Notes: generated from the sequence alone by a model not told the origin. A stretch of DNA of 64,000 bases from an uncultured Clostridiaceae bacterium (GCA_964390055.1 CAYMGQ010000001.1:8459-72458); one strand, 5' to 3'; shown: positions 1 to 9,286, counted from the stretch's first letter. Translations and numbers: made by a program.

Positions 1-2384
1 TGGGCTATTTTGGATGTATTACTCATAACGCTAGTCATTAAGGCAGCCATAAATTCCACAGGATAGTGGGCCTTCAAATAGGAGGTTTCATATCCCAATA
101 CAGCATAGGCAGCAGCATGGGACTTGTTGAAGGCATAGTTGGCAAAGTCTATCATGTCATCATAGATTTGATTTGCAATATTTTCATCTATACCTCTTCT
201 GATACAACCTGGTATTTCTACATCTCCCTTATCGTCTAGCTTGCCATAGATAAAATACTGCCTTTCCTCCTCCATCACATCCATTTCCTTTTTACTCATT
301 GCCCGCCTAACTAAATCACTTCTGGCATAGGAATAGCCTGCTAGCTCTCTTACTATTTCCATGACCTGTTCTTGATATACCAGACAACCATAGGTAACCT
401 CAAGTATAGGTTTTAGGCTATCATGGAGATATTCTATTTTTGAAGGATCGTTCTTATAGGCTATATAGCGGGGGATGGAATCCATTGGTCCTGGCCTATA
501 GAGTGAAATCCCTGCTATGACATCCTCTAAGTTACTAGGCCTTAATTCCCTCATAAATTGAATCATGCCCGCACTCTCTAACTGGAAAACGCCCAAGGTT
601 TCCCCCCTGCTGATTAATTCATAGACCTTCTTATCTCCATAATCCATGTTGGAAAAATCAATATTTTTTCCCTGGTTTTCTAAGATATGTTTTCTAGTAT
701 CTTCGATTACCGTCAGGGTTCTCAAACCCAAAAAGTCCATTTTCAACAGTCCCAATTCCTCTAAGGTCCCCATTGGGAATTGTGTGGTTACACTTTCATC
801 ATGCATATAAAGGGGGACATGGTCTTCCAAATTCTTTTTAGAAATTACAACTCCGGCTGCATGGGTTGAGGCATGCCTTGGAATACCTTCAAGCTTTTTT
901 GCCATTTCAATTAAGTATTTGGCCTCCTCATCCTCCTTATATAGTTTCCCAAACTCTGGATTTACTTGCAGGGCCTTATCAATGGTTATGCCCGGTGTAA
1001 AGGGAATTTGCTTGGCAATTCTATCCACTATATTATAGGGCATATTAATTACCCTACCCACATCCCTTATTGCTGCCCTAGCAGCCATTGTACCGAAGGT
1101 AATAATTTGGGCTACCTTGTCCTTACCGTACTTATGTTTAACGTATTCTATTACTTCTTCCCGTCTTTCATAGCAAAAATCTATATCTATATCTGGCATA
1201 GATACCCTTTGGGGATTTAAAAATCGTTCGAAAATTAGGCCATATTTTATTGGATCGATATCTGTAATTCCTAGGCTATATGCCACAATACTCCCGGCAG
1301 AGCTTCCTCTTCCAGGTCCAACAGGAATCCCATTATCCTTTGCGTATTTTATAAAATCCCACACTATTAAAAAGTATTCAGCATATCCCATTCCCTCTAT
1401 AACCTGTAATTCAAATTCTAACCTTTCCTTTATTGCTTTAGAAGGGTCCCCGTACCGCTCCTCCAGGCCCTGGTTACATAATTTTCTCAGGTATTCCTGT
1501 ACATTATAACCCTCAGGAGTCCTGTATTGGGGAAGATATATATTGTCAAAATCAAACTCTAGATTACAGGCATCAGCTATTTTTACAGTGTTCTCCAATG
1601 CCTCGGGTATATAGGCAAAGAGTTCTTCCATTTCCTTATGACTTTTTAAATAAAATTCAGAACTTGGAAATTTCATTCTTTCCTCTTCTTCTCTTATTTT
1701 ACCTGTTTGAATACAAAGTAGGATGTCATGGGCCTCAGCATCATCCTTGTATATATAATGAACATCATTAGTTGCTACCAGGGGGATTCCTGTTTCCCGG
1801 CTAAGCTTTAAAAGTTGATGGTTTACATCTTTTTGCTCCCTTATCCCATGATCCTGTAACTCTAGGTAAAAATTGTCTTTACCATATATATTCTCCAATT
1901 TTAAGGCTATTTCCTTAGCCTCTTTGTAGTTACCTCTTAATAAGGATTGCTGAATATCTCCAGCCAGACATCCACTCAAGGCTATAATACCCTCATTAAA
2001 TTTGGCTAATTCCTCATAATCCACCCGGGGCTTATAATAAAATCCGTATAAATATCCATGGGAAACTAGCTTGATTAAATTTTGATAACCCCTCATATTT
2101 TTTGCTAGTAGGACTAAATGCCCCTGGCTTTTATCTTTATTGGGGTCCTTATCCCTCATAGTCCTGGTGGCTGTATAGACTTCGCAACCAATAATAGGCT
2201 TAATTCCCTTCTTTTTAGCCTCCTTGTAAAAATCTATCACACCAAACATACTACCATGATCCGTTATGGCTACAGCCTTCATTCCCAGTTCTTTAACCCT
2301 GTCCATCATTTTGTCAATGCTTGTAAACCCATCCAGTAAACTATATTCGGTATGCACATGTAGGTGTGCAAAATTTTTACCCAT
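1..2384 (-). CDS. dnaE: DNA polymerase III alpha subunit DnaE, N-terminal ~794 codons (3' end lies beyond the left window edge)
   Basis: Hand translation of the minus strand from ATG 2382..2384 gives MGKNFAHLHVHTEYSLLDGFTSIDKMMDRVKELGMKAVAITDHGSMFGVIDFYKEAKKKGIKPIIGCEVY, a PHP domain. A purine-rich RBS (GGAGGGTGGG) lies upstream. The same frame is still open at position 1 (...VEFMAALMTSVMSNTSKIA). It is missing from the ORF track because no stop falls inside the window. Confidence 0.9.
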   Translation of the reverse strand, partial: MGKNFAHLHVHTEYSLLDGFTSIDKMMDRVKELGMKAVAITDHGSMFGVIDFYKEAKKKGIKPIIGCEVYTATRTMRDKDPNKDKSQGHLVLLAKNMRGYQNLIKLVSHGYLYGFYYKPRVDYEELAKFNEGIIALSGCLAGDIQQSLLRGNYKEAKEIALKLENIYGKDNFYLELQDHGIREQKDVNHQLLKLSRETGIPLVATNDVHYIYKDDAEAHDILLCIQTGKIREEEERMKFPSSEFYLKSHKEMEELFAYIPEALENTVKIADACNLEFDFDNIYLPQYRTPEGYNVQEYLRKLCNQGLEERYGDPSKAIKERLEFELQVIEGMGYAEYFLIVWDFIKYAKDNGIPVGPGRGSSAGSIVAYSLGITDIDPIKYGLIFERFLNPQRVSMPDIDIDFCYERREEVIEYVKHKYGKDKVAQIITFGTMAARAAIRDVGRVINMPYNIVDRIAKQIPFTPGITIDKALQVNPEFGKLYKEDEEAKYLIEMAKKLEGIPRHASTHAAGVVISKKNLEDHVPLYMHDESVTTQFPMGTLEELGLLKMDFLGLRTLTVIEDTRKHILENQGKNIDFSNMDYGDKKVYELISRGETLGVFQLESAGMIQFMRELRPSNLEDVIAGISLYRPGPMDSIPRYIAYKNDPSKIEYLHDSLKPILEVTYGCLVYQEQVMEIVRELAGYSYARSDLVRRAMSKKEMDVMEEERQYFIYGKLDDKGDVEIPGCIRRGIDENIANQIYDDMIDFANYAFNKSHAAAYAVLGYETSYLKAHYPVEFMAALMTSVMSNTSKIA

Positions 2385-2461
2385 TGGATACCCACCCTCC
2401 CTATATCAGAAAGTTCTTATCAATACATTAAATTTATCATATTATTGCCTCAAAGCAAAGT

Positions 2462-2490
2462 AAAAAAAGGCCAGTACTCTTTGTACGGCC
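2462..2490 (-). terminator. Rho-independent terminator after mobA
   Basis: The minus-strand RNA forms GGCCGUAC-aaaga-GUAC(U)GGCC (one bulge) followed by UUUUUUUAC, 20 nt after the mobA stop. Confidence 0.6.
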
Positions 2491-2509
2491 TAGTTTATAT
2501 AAATATATA

Positions 2510-3115
2510 TTAGCATTCCCAATTGTCTTTTATATCTAAGTAAGAATCATAGGTATTAATATTTAGAAAACATTTTAAATCACTAGAAAACATATTAATC
2601 GTTTCATCACCAATTGTCCTGGTGTTGACCCTCTTTAGAAAGGCGGTCAGCCTATAATCCTGCTCCCCTAATGCTTCTTCCATGGCTTTAATACAAGTTG
2701 TAGCATATATAGCATGCAAGGGTTGGTAATGTCCCCCTGTATAGGGTACTAATATATCTTCATCCCCTACCTGTTTTATCATATGTCTAATTAAGCCCTG
2801 ATTTAAAAAGGGCATATCGCAAGGAACGACAAAGGCGCGGCTATTCTGTATTGATAGCAATCCTGAATACACACCCACTAGGGAGTTTTTTCGTTTGTGG
2901 TTTTTTTTATCTTTTACAAACTCCACACCCTCCATCATGGGGTAGTCTTCCGGATGGTTTGTAACTAGTATTATATCTTTAAATACTGGCCTTAAACTAT
3001 CAACTACTCTCTCTATCATGGTTTTTTTTCCCAACTTTAATAGAGCTTTGTTTTGCCCCATCCTTGTGCTTCCACCGCCTGCCAGTACAATAGCGGAAAT
3101 CTCCTGTCCTTCCAT
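2510..3115 (-). CDS. mobA: Molybdenum cofactor guanylyltransferase MobA
   Basis: 201 aa. The N-terminal SAIVLAGGGSTRMGQNKALL nucleotidyltransferase motif is typical of MobA. It is the last gene of the FDH cluster. Confidence 0.85.
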   Translation of the reverse strand: MEGQEISAIVLAGGGSTRMGQNKALLKLGKKTMIERVVDSLRPVFKDIILVTNHPEDYPMMEGVEFVKDKKNHKRKNSLVGVYSGLLSIQNSRAFVVPCDMPFLNQGLIRHMIKQVGDEDILVPYTGGHYQPLHAIYATTCIKAMEEALGEQDYRLTAFLKRVNTRTIGDETINMFSSDLKCFLNINTYDSYLDIKDNWEC

Positions 3116-3170
3116 ATATTATCAACCATCCTTATATCATATAGGGCCTTATATACTTTATTTATATTAT

Positions 3171-3986
3171 TTATTTCATCTCTATCCTCTCCGGACTTGT
3201 ATAAATATAACCTTTATTTCCCCTTACATAACCCAGCAAGCTAACATTATACTTTTGGGCTAATTCTATAGCTGTTGCCGTAGGGGTAGATCGAGAAACA
3301 AGTACAGGGACTCCTAATCTAATGACCTTTGTAATCATTTCTGATGATACCCTACCACTTAAGTATAGCACACTTTCCCTAATAATCTCCATCTTTTTCT
3401 CTTTCATAAGTATGCCTGTAATTTTGTCCAAAGCATTATGTCTTCCTATGTCCTCGGTCAAAATACTAAGATCGGGACTACTTAAGAGTACGCTATGGAC
3501 ACCACCTACTTTTATAAATATTTCTGATTTATCTATAAATTCCTGCATGCCCTTTATTATTGAAACCCCTGAAAATTTATTATCACTATCTAAAGCCTTG
3601 TATAGGATATGGTTTTGATCATTTATATTTGTATAGCTTTTACCTCCCCCTGAGGTAATGCTTCTCAAATTCTCTTGCTGGTTAACCTCTATATTTTCTC
3701 TTAAATCCACCAAGACAGTAGATGAGTCCTCATCATAGGTGATTTTTTCTACATCTTCATATGACTCAATTACTCCTTCACTATAGAGGAAACCAACAGC
3801 TAATTCCTTTTGGTATTGATTTAAACACAAAAGATTAACAAATCTTTCCCCATTCACAACAACTTCTAGGGGTATTTCTGTAATTACTTTTTTACTACTA
3901 TCTTGCAGACTACAATAATCACCATGTAGGTTTATTTCAGTAACATTGTAGACATCATAAATTCTGCCCTTCATAGTCCAAATCAT
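3171..3986 (-). CDS. fdhD: Formate dehydrogenase accessory protein FdhD (variant without the CxxC loop)
   Basis: 271 aa with the GGVHS and GRHNALDK motifs of the FdhD/NarQ family. It lies immediately downstream of the FDH catalytic gene. The start codon is uncertain (M1 or M5). Confidence 0.85.
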   Translation of the reverse strand: MIWTMKGRIYDVYNVTEINLHGDYCSLQDSSKKVITEIPLEVVVNGERFVNLLCLNQYQKELAVGFLYSEGVIESYEDVEKITYDEDSSTVLVDLRENIEVNQQENLRSITSGGGKSYTNINDQNHILYKALDSDNKFSGVSIIKGMQEFIDKSEIFIKVGGVHSVLLSSPDLSILTEDIGRHNALDKITGILMKEKKMEIIRESVLYLSGRVSSEMITKVIRLGVPVLVSRSTPTATAIELAQKYNVSLLGYVRGNKGYIYTSPERIEMK

Positions 3987-4084
3987 TCCTTCCAGATATT
4001 TTACTTTAATATCTCATCCCCAGAAATTGCTCCCTATTCTCATTTCAAAACATATTTACTATATTTATTTCCTAGGAAAATTAA

Positions 4085-4137
4085 TTCTTATTTAAAACGC
4101 AGGTAAAATATTATTATCCTACATATTTTACCTGCGT
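4085..4137 (-). terminator. Strong intercistronic hairpin or partial terminator between fdhF and fdhD
   Basis: A perfect 15-bp stem (ACGCAGGTAAAATAT 4097..4111 pairing with ATATTTTACCTGCGT 4123..4137). On the minus strand it is followed by UUUAAAUAAGAAUUAAUUUU. It starts 14 nt after the fdhF stop. Confidence 0.5.
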
Positions 4138-4150
4138 CTATAGTTATTAC

Positions 4151-6295
4151 TTATGCTTTTGGAGTAACATTCATTTGTTCTTTAAGTTCATTATATTCAT
4201 CTATTACTTGTTGTTCTGCTGCTTCTTGGTCTTCAATTTTTTCTACGTTAGCTGCACAGTATTTGTACTCTGGGGTCTTTGTGACTGGGTCAAGATTAGT
4301 GCCTAGAGTTAGCTCATTACATGCACCAACCCACCATTGGTAAGTCATAAAGATATTACCTTCTTTAACTCTTTCAGTAACGTCTGCCCTACTTAGTACA
4401 CTACCTCTCCTTGAGCTGATCCTAATAATTTCTTGATCCTTGATTCCTAATCTTTCAGCATCTTTAACATTTAATTGTGTTCGTCCTGGTTCATCTGCTA
4501 ATTCTCTTAATCCTCTACAGTTACCAGACATTGTTCTAGCTGAATAATGTCCAACTTCCCTAACTGTACATAATACCATTGGATATTCTTCATTAGGTTG
4601 CTCAATTGGGGCTCTCCATTCAGATGCAAAGAGATTACCTTTTCCATCTGGATTACTGAATTTTTCGCCCTCATATAGGTATTTTGTTCCTGGATGGTCT
4701 TCAGTTGGACATGGCCACTGAACTCCACCTTGCTCTTCCATCTTCTTATAGCTTGCACCGGCGAAGTTTGGACATAAGCTTCTCATTTCGTCCCAAATTT
4801 CTTCCGTATTCTTATACTTCATTGGATAGCCCATTGCAGTTGATATTTCACTGATAATCTCCCAGTCTACCTTAACATCGCCTTGTGGTTCTACAGCTTT
4901 CCTCATTCTTTGGAAGCCTCTGTCAGCACAAGTAAATACTCCCTCATGCTCACCCCAAGCAGTAGCTGGTAAAATAACATCTGCATGTAAAGCTGTTCTA
5001 TTCATAAAGATATCTTGTACTATTACTAATTCTAATTCATCTAATGCTTCTCTAACTTCAGCTGAATCCGGTTCACTTTGAACTGGGTCTTCACCAAAGA
5101 TATAGTATGCTTTAACTTTTTTATCTTCCAGAACTAATTTTGGTATTTCTGATAAAACAAATCCTGGTTTATTAGAAAGTTTAGCACCCCATGCTTTTTC
5201 AAACTTTTTCCTTACATCTTCATTGGCAACACTTTGGTATCCTGGGTAAACATTTGGAAGAACTCCCATGTCACAAGCACCCTGAACGTTGTTTTGTCCT
5301 CTTACTGGGCCAATTCCAACACTTTCTCTACCAAAGTTACCTGTTAATAGTGCAAGAGAAGCTAATCCCTTAACAACATCAACAGCTTGACCAAACTGAC
5401 AAACTCCCATACCGTAAAGAATCATAGCATCTTTAGCTTTAGCATATTCTCTCATTGTTCTTCTTATATGGTTTGCTGAAATTCCTGTAATTTTTTCTGC
5501 GTATTCTGGTGTGTATTTTTCAACAATGGCCTTGTACTCTTCAAAACCATTTACATTCTTTTTAACAAATTCTTTGTCATATAATTCTTCATTAATTAGT
5601 ACATTACCGAAAGCATTAACTAGTGCCATATTGGATCCGCCTTTTAGGTCAACCCAATTATCAGCAATTCTTGCGGATTCTGTCATTCGTGGATCAACTA
5701 CGATTAAATGACATCCCTTTTCTTTTGCTCTTACTATTCTTCTTGCAACTATTGGATGTGAATCTGCTCCATTGTATCCAAATATCAGCAAGCAATCTGA
5801 ATCTTCTATCTCTGGGATAGAGTTTGACATTGCACCATTACCTAATGAGTAGCCAAGACCGGCCACAGATGGGGCATGTCAGATACGGGCACAGTGATCT
5901 ATGTTGTTAGTACCGATCGCTGCCCTCATGAATTTTTGCATTACATAGTTTGCTTCATTTCCTGGTCCTCTAGCTGAACCTGTACCCATTATAGCATCAG
6001 GTCCATACTTTTTCTTAATTTCCTTCAATTTACTTGCTACAAAATCTATTGCTTCTTTCCAAGAAACCTCAGTTAACTCACCATTTTTCCTAATCATAGG
6101 TTTTCTTAGTCTAGCTGTTAAAAGTTGAGGGTCATTTAAATAATCCCACCCGTAACGTCCCTTTAAACATAGGTTACCTTCGTTAGTTCTGCCATCTGCA
6201 CCTTCTGCTCTTACTACTTTGCCATCCTTTACCACTAAATATAAGTGACATCCAGCTCCACAATAAGGGCATACGGTTAAGACTTTCTTTTCCAT
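4151..6295 (-). CDS. fdhF: Selenocysteine-containing formate dehydrogenase catalytic subunit (Mo/W bis-MGD, FdhF/FDH-H type), 714 aa with in-frame UGA
   Basis: ORF-track pieces 5879..6295 and 4151..5866 share one frame and are separated only by TGA at 5879..5881. Reading through gives [30 protein letters not shown]. The N-terminus has the CPYCGAGCHL...C 4Fe-4S motif of molybdopterin oxidoreductases. Confidence 0.9.
5849..5866 (-). other. Putative SECIS hairpin downstream of the UGA codon
   Basis: The mRNA forms GUGGCC-GGUCUU-GGCUAC (6 bp including one G-U, 6-nt loop containing GGUC), beginning 12 nt after UGA. It falls on the Val-Ala-Gly-Leu-Gly-Tyr codons. Confidence 0.6.
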
Positions 6296-6375
6296 ATCAA
6301 TTAGTTCCCCCTTTGCAATTTTTTAGAAATACAATCTCCGCCTACTGTCAAGAAATACATATGGTTTTTTAAATC

Positions 6376-6951
6376 CTATTCATATGATTTGGCATATAAG
6401 ATTCCTTGAGCACTCTCAAGTCTTTTTTCCTTTATGGAAGTGTTTATATCCACATCCTTGACAATTCTAATTGCCTGTGTAGGACAAACTCTTTCACAAG
6501 CTGGACCTTCTTCGGAATTAATGCAAGTATCGCATTTGTTTACAGTCATTCTTTCTTTTAAAACTACGTCTTTTCCTACAACCTTTTTAAGGTTTTGATA
6601 TACTGTTTTACCATCTTTTTGTTCCTCTACTACCTGTATAGCACCGAATGGACAAGCTAGAACACAGGTTTTACATCCTATGCAAAGCACTTCCTTATAC
6701 TGTACTACCCCATTTTCGTTAAATAGAGCGCCAGTAGGACATGAGTTTGCACAAGGGGCATCTTCACATTGTCTGCATTGGATAGGAGCACTAACTTCCT
6801 TGGTTTTAATAACATTTAAACGAGGATTAAATGCTATGTCAGCATTTCCCGCGGTAAATATATCTACATCAGAATGCTCAACTACACAAGCAATCTCACA
6901 AGTTCTACATCCAATACACTTATTGGGATCAGCTACAAGAAAACTGTTCAT
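6376..6951 (-). CDS. HycB/HydN-like 4Fe-4S polyferredoxin electron-transfer subunit
   Basis: 191 aa with four CxxCxxCxxxC(P)-type motifs (CIGCRTCEIAC, CRQCEDAPC, CIGCKTCVLACP, CDTC...C). Its ATG overlaps the hydA stop (TAATG). Confidence 0.85.
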   Translation of the reverse strand: MNSFLVADPNKCIGCRTCEIACVVEHSDVDIFTAGNADIAFNPRLNVIKTKEVSAPIQCRQCEDAPCANSCPTGALFNENGVVQYKEVLCIGCKTCVLACPFGAIQVVEEQKDGKTVYQNLKKVVGKDVVLKERMTVNKCDTCINSEEGPACERVCPTQAIRIVKDVDINTSIKEKRLESAQGILYAKSYE

Positions 6952-8324
6952 TATTTAGTCTCCTTTCTTGAAATATATTCTGTATGAAGAAGACGATGGG
7001 ATTCCTTGCCCAGTGGTTCTCCTAAGAATTCTTTATATATCCTAGTAATACTTGGATTTTCATGGGACTTCCTTACAGGTAATTCCTCATCATGTTGGTA
7101 AATAGAAGCAGTTCTGTTCTCATAAGCTAATTGCTTATGCTCTTCTAATAATACCTTAGGCTGGCCTCCACCACTAATACAGCCTTCTGGACATGTCATT
7201 ACTTCAATGAAATGATAGTCTGATTTTCCAGCTTTTAAATCTTCTAATAGTGGAACTACATTCTTAAGACCTGCAACTATACCAACCTTCAAGTCTAAAT
7301 CGCCTACTTTTACTATTGCAGTTCTAACACCTTCGCCACCCCTTACTGCATTAATCTCTACGTTCGGGATAGGCTTCTTAGTAATTAATTCATAACCAGT
7401 CCTTAGTGCAGCTTCCATAACTCCACCAGTTGCACCAAATATAACTCCCGCACCTGAGTATTCTCCTAATGGGGAATCGAATTCCTCATCAGCTAGATTC
7501 GCAAAATCTATACCTGCTTCTTTGATTAAGTATGCAAGCTCTCTAGTTGTTAAAACTACGTCCACATCTTGATGGCCACTATCATTCATCTCTGGCCTAT
7601 CACATTCGAATTTCTTAGCTGTACAAGGCATAATTGAAACACTGTAGATTTTTGCAGGATCTAACTTGTCTATCTTAGCAGCGTATGTTTTAAATATTGT
7701 TCCTGCCATTTGTTGCGGTGATTTACAGGTAGACAAATGATCGTTTAACTCAGGATAAGTTTGCTCCATATATTTAACCCATGCTGGACAGCAGGATGTA
7801 AACATTGGTAGAGCTCCACCCTCCGTTACCCTCTCTATAAGCTCGCTACCTTCTTCCATAATTGTTAGGTCAGCGGTAAAATCTGTGTCATATACTTTTG
7901 TGAAATTCAAGGCTCTTAAAGCTGCTGCCAATTTACCTGGAGTTAGACTACCAAGTTCCATTCCGAATTCCTCGGCTAGGGCTACTCTAACAGCCGGTGC
8001 ACACTGCACTACCGTTTGTAAGTCGTTATTTTCTAGAGCTTCTTTCACTCTTATTACATCACCTTTTGCGTATGCAGCGAAAATAGGCTCTTTTGTACTT
8101 TGGAACATTCCTCTTTCCTCTAGCTTTTCTGCTATTGGAGTTATTTCATCATCAAAGGCTAAAGCAAAAGAACTACACATCTGTACACATTGTCCACAAT
8201 TCACACACAAATCTTCATTTAATTCTTGCGGTTCACCATCTATACCCTCTATAGCGTCTACTGGGCAAACAGTTGCACATTGTCTACAACCTGTACAAAG
8301 TTCTTGATCAATCTTAATAATCAT
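6951..8324 (-). CDS. hydA: [FeFe]-hydrogenase catalytic subunit with two N-terminal 4Fe-4S motifs
   Basis: 457 aa. H-cluster signatures are present: TSCCPAW, MPCTAKKFE and EVMTCPEGCISGGGQP. The N-terminus carries CTGCRQCATVCP and CVNCGQCVQMC. Confidence 0.9.
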   Translation of the reverse strand: MIIKIDQELCTGCRQCATVCPVDAIEGIDGEPQELNEDLCVNCGQCVQMCSSFALAFDDEITPIAEKLEERGMFQSTKEPIFAAYAKGDVIRVKEALENNDLQTVVQCAPAVRVALAEEFGMELGSLTPGKLAAALRALNFTKVYDTDFTADLTIMEEGSELIERVTEGGALPMFTSCCPAWVKYMEQTYPELNDHLSTCKSPQQMAGTIFKTYAAKIDKLDPAKIYSVSIMPCTAKKFECDRPEMNDSGHQDVDVVLTTRELAYLIKEAGIDFANLADEEFDSPLGEYSGAGVIFGATGGVMEAALRTGYELITKKPIPNVEINAVRGGEGVRTAIVKVGDLDLKVGIVAGLKNVVPLLEDLKAGKSDYHFIEVMTCPEGCISGGGQPKVLLEEHKQLAYENRTASIYQHDEELPVRKSHENPSITRIYKEFLGEPLGKESHRLLHTEYISRKETK

Positions 8325-8347
8325 CCTTTTTCCCCCTTTCTGAATTT

Positions 8348-8905
8348 TTAAGCATTCTTAACTATTTCTAATAAACCAAGAGCCGCTTTGGCTTGTTTGG
8401 ATTTCTGGTCTTCTACTGGAATAATCAAGCTTAGTGCATCTTCAGGGCATGCCTTGACGCAGGCTTGCTCGTCTAAGTCTTTACATAAGTCACATTTGTA
8501 AGCAACTTTTTTATCTAGTTCCAGTACTAATTGGGCAACAGGTTCTCCACAGCAATACTGAGGTAGTAGGTCTATTGCTCCAAATGGGCAAGCTAACAGA
8601 CAAGTTTTACATCCAATACATAAGTCTTCATCAATATAAATTACATCGTCCACTTGCTTAATAGCCCCTGCAGTACAACTGTTGGCACATGGAGCATCCT
8701 CACAATGTCTGCACTGAATAGGCATTTTGAAATCCTCACCACTAACTAGGTTAAGCCTTGGGATAACCGGCGTTGTAACAGTTCCCACTGTGTATCCTAC
8801 ATTGTTCTTTTCATTATGTACCACAAAACAAGCTACTTCACAGGATCTGCAACCAATACACTTTGAAGGATCAGCTACAACAAAAGAATTAAGATTTTTA
8901 TTCAT
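8348..8905 (-). CDS. HycB/HydN-like 4Fe-4S polyferredoxin electron-transfer subunit (paralogue of 6376..6951)
   Basis: 185 aa. The N-terminus NSFVVADPSKCIGCRSCEVAC is nearly identical in pattern to the other HycB-like ORF, and there are multiple ferredoxin Cys motifs. Confidence 0.85.
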   Translation of the reverse strand: MNKNLNSFVVADPSKCIGCRSCEVACFVVHNEKNNVGYTVGTVTTPVIPRLNLVSGEDFKMPIQCRHCEDAPCANSCTAGAIKQVDDVIYIDEDLCIGCKTCLLACPFGAIDLLPQYCCGEPVAQLVLELDKKVAYKCDLCKDLDEQACVKACPEDALSLIIPVEDQKSKQAKAALGLLEIVKNA

Positions 8906-8935
8906 ATTTTCCCGCCTTTCTTTTTATTTTTTTAT

Positions 8936-9286
8936 TTAAGATCTATTGCATAGCAATAGCCCTTTGGCTGAAATAACTCTCCTGCAATCTTTGCATAAAG
9001 ATTTATGATTAATGTTATATTTTATTGTAGGTTTGCCGCAGGAATCACAAGGATGATATTTTATAAAATATTCTGCCTTTGCATCTTTGTCATCATCCTT
9101 TTTACTTATAGCGTCTTCTGGACATATATCAATACATTTACTGCATTCTTCGGGGCATAAACTTCTATTGATAATAATTTTTACTCCCTCAGCTTGCTTC
9201 TCAAATATGATGGCATTATCTTCACATACTAATAAACATGCTTCACATAAAATACATTTTTCAGTATCTATTACCATTTTTTTCAC
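8936..9286 (-). CDS. Small Cys-rich protein: ferredoxin-like domain plus C-terminal CxxC...CxxC zinc-ribbon-like tail
   Basis: 116 aa with CILCEACLLVC, CPEECSKCIDICP, then CDSC-x17-CKDC. It is the first ORF of the FDH/hydrogenase cluster. Confidence 0.7.
   Translation of the reverse strand: MKKMVIDTEKCILCEACLLVCEDNAIIFEKQAEGVKIIINRSLCPEECSKCIDICPEDAISKKDDDKDAKAEYFIKYHPCDSCGKPTIKYNINHKSLCKDCRRVISAKGLLLCNRS

Noticed and set aside
4507-4758. Same-strand nested ORFs in alternative frames: 4507..4758 in fdhF, 34329..34529 in uvrA, 55347..55610 in the FecCD permease, and 63080..63271 in tagA.
   Set aside because: They are fully embedded in well-supported genes and show no independent translation signals or motifs.
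5867-5881. The FDH gene appears split into two ORFs (5879..6295 and 4151..5866), which could mean a pseudogene or two subunits.
   Set aside because: Both pieces are in the same frame and are separated by a single TGA at the position of the FDH active-site selenocysteine, with a SECIS-like hairpin downstream. Recoding is the simpler explanation.
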